Positions 58,566 to 64,000 of a stretch of 64,000 bases of DNA are shown here, piece by piece. How positions within the stretch are numbered: the stretch's first letter is position 1; the number at the start of each line of letters is the position of its first letter. The DNA is taken from assembly GCF_016433145.1 (NCBI RefSeq), contig NC_058131.1, positions 278,001,703-278,065,702 of the forward strand. Reading direction: 5' to 3'. The notes under the pieces were generated by a model. The model was not told where the DNA came from, did no database searches, and worked only from the letters and a program-made list of their open reading frames with translations. This DNA is from Gracilinanus agilis. Its lineage: Eukaryota. The position numbers were made by a program, and so were the translations under genes.

Positions 58566-61359
58566 ATGGCATCATTAATTGCCAAAGACTCCTACCTGCA
58601 GAATCTGGCCAAGAAAATCTGTTCTCAGCAGACTGTGGAGCCACAGAAACGAAAATGGGGTAATTTATACAATTCTTGGAATTAAAAAAAAATTATAGTG
58701 CAGTTCTCCTTTTCCATCATCAGGCACCAGCCTCATCTCTAGATCATCTTGGCTGCTATCTTAGGTTAAGAGGCATAGTGGTCTGTATGAAAGAACACTG
58801 GAGCTACAAAAGATCTAGATTTTAGGGCCAGGTCTATCATTTACTTAGTCAAACCGTTTTCTGCTTCTGAACCTCAGTGTATGTCTTGTCTTGTCTTCTT
58901 TCACAGGCCTAATGTGAAGGTCAAATGAGAAAATGCATATTAAATCTATTTGCAAATCATCTAAGGTTTTATTATGTATGTGTGGCAAAGCAGATAAGGG
59001 AATTAATTCATCTGAGAGTTCTCTATACCTGTGAAATTTTAAGTTCAAAAAAGGATGGTAAGGGAAGCTAGATGACTCATTGGATTGAGAGCCAGACCTA
59101 GAGATGGGAGGTCCTGGGTTCAAATTTGACCTCAGACACTTCCTAGCTGTGTGTGATCCTGGACAAGTCATTAAACCCCAATTGCCTATCCCTTACTGCT
59201 CTTCTGCCTTGGAACCAATACACAGAATTGATTCTAAGATGAAAGGTAAGTGTGTAAATGGAGTTTTGTGCCCCAGAACTACATTCCCCAGAATTCCTTT
59301 ACTTTTCCCAGAATCCCTTGAATTATGTTCCCTACTTTACATCCTCATGTTTTGTAAATAAATTTCTGTGAACTCAGCCCTTGCTCTCTCTTCTTCCAGA
59401 GCTCTCCTCTTTGCTCTTTCCAGTGCTCCAGTGCTCCTGGCCTGGGATCCTCCTCTTTACTAAGGCTGTCACTTTCTTTTACTTCAAGTTATTATTAATA
59501 AATTCTTATAAAAATATAATACTTGAAGTATTTAAATATTGATTTTTAAGCTTACATAAGAGTTTTAAAAAAAAGGATGTTGGTGGTAGATTATTATTGT
59601 TGTTACTTATCCACTAAGGCACAGTTATCCACCCAGTATATTCTTTTGTCATCTGAGGTCTTTTGTTTTTGGTTATCCAACAAGATCCGACAAATTAGGA
59701 AGTTATAAGAGTAATCAATCAACAGGTATTATTTATTCGGCATTTATTCTCTACCCAACTCTTTGCCCCTTAACAAGCATTTATATTATTGTGCAAAGCT
59801 GGGCATATGATTAAAAACAAAAAGGAAAACAGTCCCTGTTTTAAAGAGCTTACATTCTAGTGGGGGAGGAGAGAAACAACGCAAAAATGAGATTTAAAGA
59901 GAGAGGCAGGGAAAGAAAGTCCCTCTTAGGGTCCTTGTGCTGAAACCTGAAAAGTTAAGAAGGTAATGGAGGATGTCCAACCTGGGACCCTTCTCAAAAT
60001 GAAGGAAGACAATGATGTTCAGAAGGCTGGGATAGAGAAGGTAGATTCCATGGTAAAATGGCAGCTGAGGCATTGTATCGAACTGCTATCAGACAATAGA
60101 TCTGAAGTCAGAAAGACTTACATTCCTAAGTTCAAATTTGACCTCAGACACTTATTAGGTGTGTGATCACAAACAAGTCACTTAAGCCTGTTTGTCTCAG
60201 TTTTATCATCTATAAAGTAAGCTGGAGAAGGAATAGCAAAACCACTCCATTACCTTTGCTAAGAAAGCCCCAGATAGGGTCATGAAGAGGTGGACAAGGC
60301 TAAAAACAACCAAACAACAACTAAAATTGTGTAGTGTAAATAATATGTAGTCTAGAAATTCAAAGAAGGGGGAAAATAAGTGTGAAGGTTGGAGTTGAGA
60401 TTTGTGTACCAATTTCTTCACTCTTTTCATCTTTCCCAAAGAAGTTTGAATTGAAAGAAGAAAGATCATCTAGTTGTACCTGTAAGGATGGGTTTTTGTG
60501 CAGAGGAGAGGCAACCAAAGGGAGAAGGAGACAGTTGCTGACAGTTGCTAACAGTCGAGACCAGAGGATGCTGGGGATTTTCTCCCAGGAGGAGGGGGAA
60601 GAGAGGTCTTCAGGCTGAGGGCTGGGAGGAGTGAGGAAGAAACAACCCAGTTCTGATTCAGTCCAGTGGGCTTCCTGAGGATCTTTCTCTTGGAAATTGA
60701 AACCCTGATTCCCTGATCACAGCCATTTCATCACATCTCATCCTTCAAGACCACAACCATCAAGTCAGCTAAGATTTTGGATTCCATTGGGAGCAGTCTC
60801 TTAATCTCCCTCACCCATTACCCATCCTTGCTGAGAGACCCTTTTCAGTCAAAGCTTACAATTATAGGAAAGGATAGAAATAGAAGGGGAAGGGGGGCGT
60901 AGAAGCTTAGGAGTTGGAACCACTAGGGTTCCTACCCAAGTGATGGACTTTCATAGGAATAGCCAAGAGGGCACCCCCAAAATCCCTCTGTCCTTCACCC
61001 CTTTCCTCAATCCCTGATTTGTGAATAATAAAAGCCATTTAACAGTAAGATAGTGTTACAGTGTGCCTGAAAGACAGTAAGGGAGAGGGGAACCACAGCT
61101 TGGCCTAGCAGACTCCATCTTTGAGCCAGACCACCTGCTGTGAAAATAACCAACCTCGTGGAAGGTTTGAGTGAACCCCTTCCTCATTCAGGATCGGATT
61201 GGGGTACCACATACCTCCTCTTGTAGGGAAGCCTTGCCCCCAACTCTTGTGGAGTGGCATGACCATCCAAGTCACCCAGTTTTGGGGTGACACCCCCTTA
61301 AAGTCTTCCAGTGTATATTCAGCCCCAGGGGAGTGCTGAAGGAGAGAGTCACCACACAG

Positions 61360-61399
<40 letters not shown>

Positions 61400-63186
61400 C
61401 TTTCTATCAATATCCATTACTGGCCCCCTTTTATAGTTACAGTTTTGGCAGAGCCAGCTAGGAGACGCTTAGCAAAGGATTTCATAGATTCTACAAGATC
61501 TTCTCTATCTCTTCTTAGGTATATTAGGTTTTGATGACTGTTTAATTCTGGATCTTCATAATGCTGTGGCCAAGATATTAAGTTTGTGTTCCTATGGGTC
61601 TCCTCAATAAATTGTGCTTACTCTGCTGGTATAAATAATTCAGATAGAAGAATTTCAGTATCTGAAAATGTGGGATCAAAAAGCTTTAATGCTCTCTTAA
61701 ATTCTTTTACGGCCTTGACGGGATTAAAAAAAAGGCAGGCATTCATTTTTTTAGGGTGTCAAGATCTGCAGCAGTGAATGGCTTATGTCTTTTTATATGG
61801 AAGACTCCAGAATCTGGCTGCAAAATCACATGATCAATAATTGGTAATATTGGTACTGCTGGTGCTGTTGCCCCTTCCTCTATTGTCTTTGCTGTGTCTA
61901 TGTGCCTCAGCTGTTTGTATTGCTATTTCTATTTTGTCCCCTGCTGTGACCCCTTTTTCCCCTTTCAGTTGAGCATTCTCTTCCAGTAACTTTGCTATTT
62001 CCTTTCTTAATGTCATTATCAATACAGTGCTATCATCCTTGTGTCCTAGCAACTTGTGCACTAAATTCTTTAAGGACCAATAGAATTGGAGGAATGAGAT
62101 GATTACTGCAATTGTGGTTGGTATGAAAGCAAAAACCCTACCTATTTCTAGCTTCAACCATTGGCAGGAATCGTATATGTCTATGATTCCCATTATATAA
62201 CCTGGGATCACTACCATCCACAAATCATAAATCATAGTCCACAAGTGGTATAATAATGCAAGGATTCCCATCATGGTAAAAATTATTTTCCCCATTGATG
62301 CATCCATTCTACCAGTTTGAATATAAAATTTCTATGGTACTGTGCCTTTACATTTTGATAGGAGAAAAATGGCTGCCATCAGAGGCTTTTGATTTTTTTT
62401 TTTAATTTTTTTTAACCACAGGAGTTATGTAGGCACTTTGCCTATGCTGGCTCTGCCAGGGGTGAAGGACAGGGATTTTGGGGGTGCCCTCTTCGCTATT
62501 CCTATGGGGTCCATCATGATGAAATGGCTGTGCCCAGGGAATCAGGGTTTCAATTTCCAAGAGAAAGATCCTCAGGAAGCCCACTGGACTGAATCAGAAC
62601 TGGGTTGTCTCCTCCTCACTCCTCCCAGCCCTCAGCCTGAAGACCTCTCTTCCCCCTCCTCCTGGGAGAAAATCCCCAGCATCTTCTGCTGGTCTCGACT
62701 GTTAGCAACTGTCAGCAACTGTCTCCTTCTCCCTTTGGTTCCCTCTCCTCTGCACAAAAACCCATCCTTACATACCTCAAAGAGGAGAAATACTCTGCCC
62801 AGGGTCTTCAATAATGAAATGGTAATTCAGGCCTGAGTCCTCTAACTCTTAAGCCCAGAGCCCTTACTACTATATTGTCCTTCCTCTACTACTATTCCCC
62901 AATGGCCCAAAGGTATTAGGTTTTCTGCTGTGTCAGGGACTAGAATGACCTTTCTCCCTTTTCTTTGTTTTAGCTCCCAAATCTGGTCATCTCGAAACCA
63001 CTGGACCCCCGAAGAAGAAGAAGAAGAAGAAGAAGGAGCAGAAAAATAAATCTCAGAAGCAGGATGAAAAAGCCAAGGGGATCCAGAATAAGCCCACTGA
63101 CAGCAGACAATCCAAAACTCCTGGGGCCAAAATACCTGCAGTCACAGAGATGAAGGCACTTTCCAGCACCACTGAAGATTCCACAG
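58566..63186 (+). CDS. SURF6: Surfeit locus protein 6 (nucleolar, RRP14-like), first two coding exons; gene continues past the window end
   Basis: 58566-58659 MASLIAKDSYLQNLAKKICSQQTVEPQKRKW(G|GT) and 62974-63186 (A)PKSGHLETTGPPKKKKKKKKEQKNKSQ...; the phase-1 junction is consistent and the N-terminus matches SURF6. Confidence 0.93.
59060..59575 (+). mobile_element. SINE1_Mdo-like SINE interrupted by a solo LTR (59251-59556)
   Basis: The SINE tail gaaaggtaag|...|agttttaaaaaa is split by a TG...CA element flanked by TAAG/TAAG. Confidence 0.75.
60481..61464 (+). mobile_element. ERV LTR (60481-61441) followed by a tRNA-Arg-like primer binding site (61446-61464)
   Basis: tgtaagg...agttaca, AATAAA near 61027, internal (CT)n; tggcagagccagctaggag resembles TGGCGAGCCAGCCAGGAG, the complement of the tRNA-Arg(ACG) 3' end. 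Confidence 0.75.
61465..62307 (-). pseudogene. Decayed ERV1/gamma-like gag fragment (157 aa ORF plus frameshifted capsid N-terminal domain)
   Basis: Across frameshifts the minus strand reads PILPIIDHVILQPDSGVFHIKRHKPFTAADLDTLK..ECLPFFNPVKAVKEFKRALKLFDPTFSDTEILLSELFIPAE*AQF, which resembles Gag p30 capsid (MLV YWPFSSSDLYNWK...HQPTWDDCQQLLGTLL). Confidence 0.7.
62441..62772 (-). mobile_element. Internally deleted second copy of the same LTR plus PBS, inverted
   Basis: 62517-62772 is the reverse complement of 60481-60733 (about 95% by eye); 62459-62516 matches 60941-61001; PBS tggcagagccagcatagg at 62458-62441. Confidence 0.85.
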
Positions 63187-63869
63187 GTGAGAGCTCCTAA
63201 TGTGATGGTAGGCAAGGAAGACTTAAACAGAAGCGAAAACATTTTCCTGTCCTCATATCAAGCATGTACCATATATTAGAGGCATGACAGAATATTCTAC
63301 TGGGAGGTAGAAGAGTCAGGTTCTAGTTCCTCAGCAGACACATATCAAGACCCTTTTAAGCTTAATGGAGAACCTGCTAAAGTTTCTTCTCCCTTGTAAT
63401 AGTCTTTAAGAACCTGATATCCTACCATGGTAAAGATTGGAATTTAGTAGATGTAGAGCTAAAAGAGACCTTAAAGGCCTTACAGTCCAGCTCCCAAAGA
63501 TAAGACAGCTGAGGATTTAGAGAAGGGAAGTAATCCAGATAAGGAGTAAGTATTAGTGGTGAGATTTGAACCTAGGGCCTCTGACTCCAGAATCACTATT
63601 CTTTTTGTTTCAGCTTTCTGCTATATCAAGCATCCACAGTGGCATTGCAGGAGGATTTTAGGGTCTAGCTCTTAGTCTAAAATTGAAAGCATGTCTTCAC
63701 TAAGAACACTAAGGGGCAGCTGGATGAAAGTGAATAGAGCCAGGCCTAGTGACAGGAGGTCTTGGGTTTAAATCTGGCCATAGACACTTTTTAGCTGTGT
63801 TACCCTGGGCAAGTCACTTAACCTCAGTTGCCTAGCTCTTATCATTCTTCTGCCTTGGAAGGTTTAAAA

Positions 63870-64000
63870 AAGAACATCCCCACCATTCTGGAGGGCAGTT
63901 TGGAACTATGCCCAAAAGGCTTTAAAAGAATGCCTACCCTTTGATCCAGCCATACCACTGCTGGGTTTGTACACCAAAGAGATAATAGGGAAAAATGCTT
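63870..64000 (+). mobile_element. L1 ORF2 fragment
   Basis: ctggagggcagtttggaactatgcccaaaagg...tttgatccagccataccactgctggg is typical L1 ORF2 3' sequence. Confidence 0.75.

Noticed and set aside
61834-62307. 157 aa ORF as a novel cellular membrane-protein gene
   Set aside because: It lies between a PBS/LTR and a frameshifted capsid-like segment; better explained as a decayed ERV gag.

Overview
Marsupial genomic DNA (probably a didelphid opossum, inferred from abundant SINE1_Mdo-like and MAR1-like SINEs) containing the Surfeit housekeeping cluster in the same gene order as human, read in reverse: SURF4 (+, coding exons 2-6; exon 1 lies upstream of the window), SURF2 (-), SURF1 (+), RPL7A (-, hosting five box C/D snoRNAs: 2x SNORD24, 3x SNORD36), MED22/SURF5 (+, short and long isoform ends) and the 5' part of SURF6 (+). 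There are two bidirectional CpG-rich promoters and one assembly gap (24515-24833). All exon boundaries were read by hand. The most unusual observations are: (1) a 2.3 kb ERV structure in a SURF6 intron bounded on both sides by the same LTR end in inverted orientation and flanked by a single 4 bp direct repeat (TACC), carrying a decayed gag with a hydrophobic N-terminus; (2) a degenerate copy of part of SURF1 exon 7 in the SURF1-RPL7A gap; (3) a second SNORD24 copy, with a shifted D' box in the intron-2 copy; (4) a CT instead of GT at the RPL7A intron 3 donor; (5) a 183 bp near-palindromic MITE-like hairpin in MED22 intron 3; (6) an apparent non-coding first exon with uORFs in SURF6. Repeat family names are assigned from memory and need RepeatMasker/Dfam confirmation.
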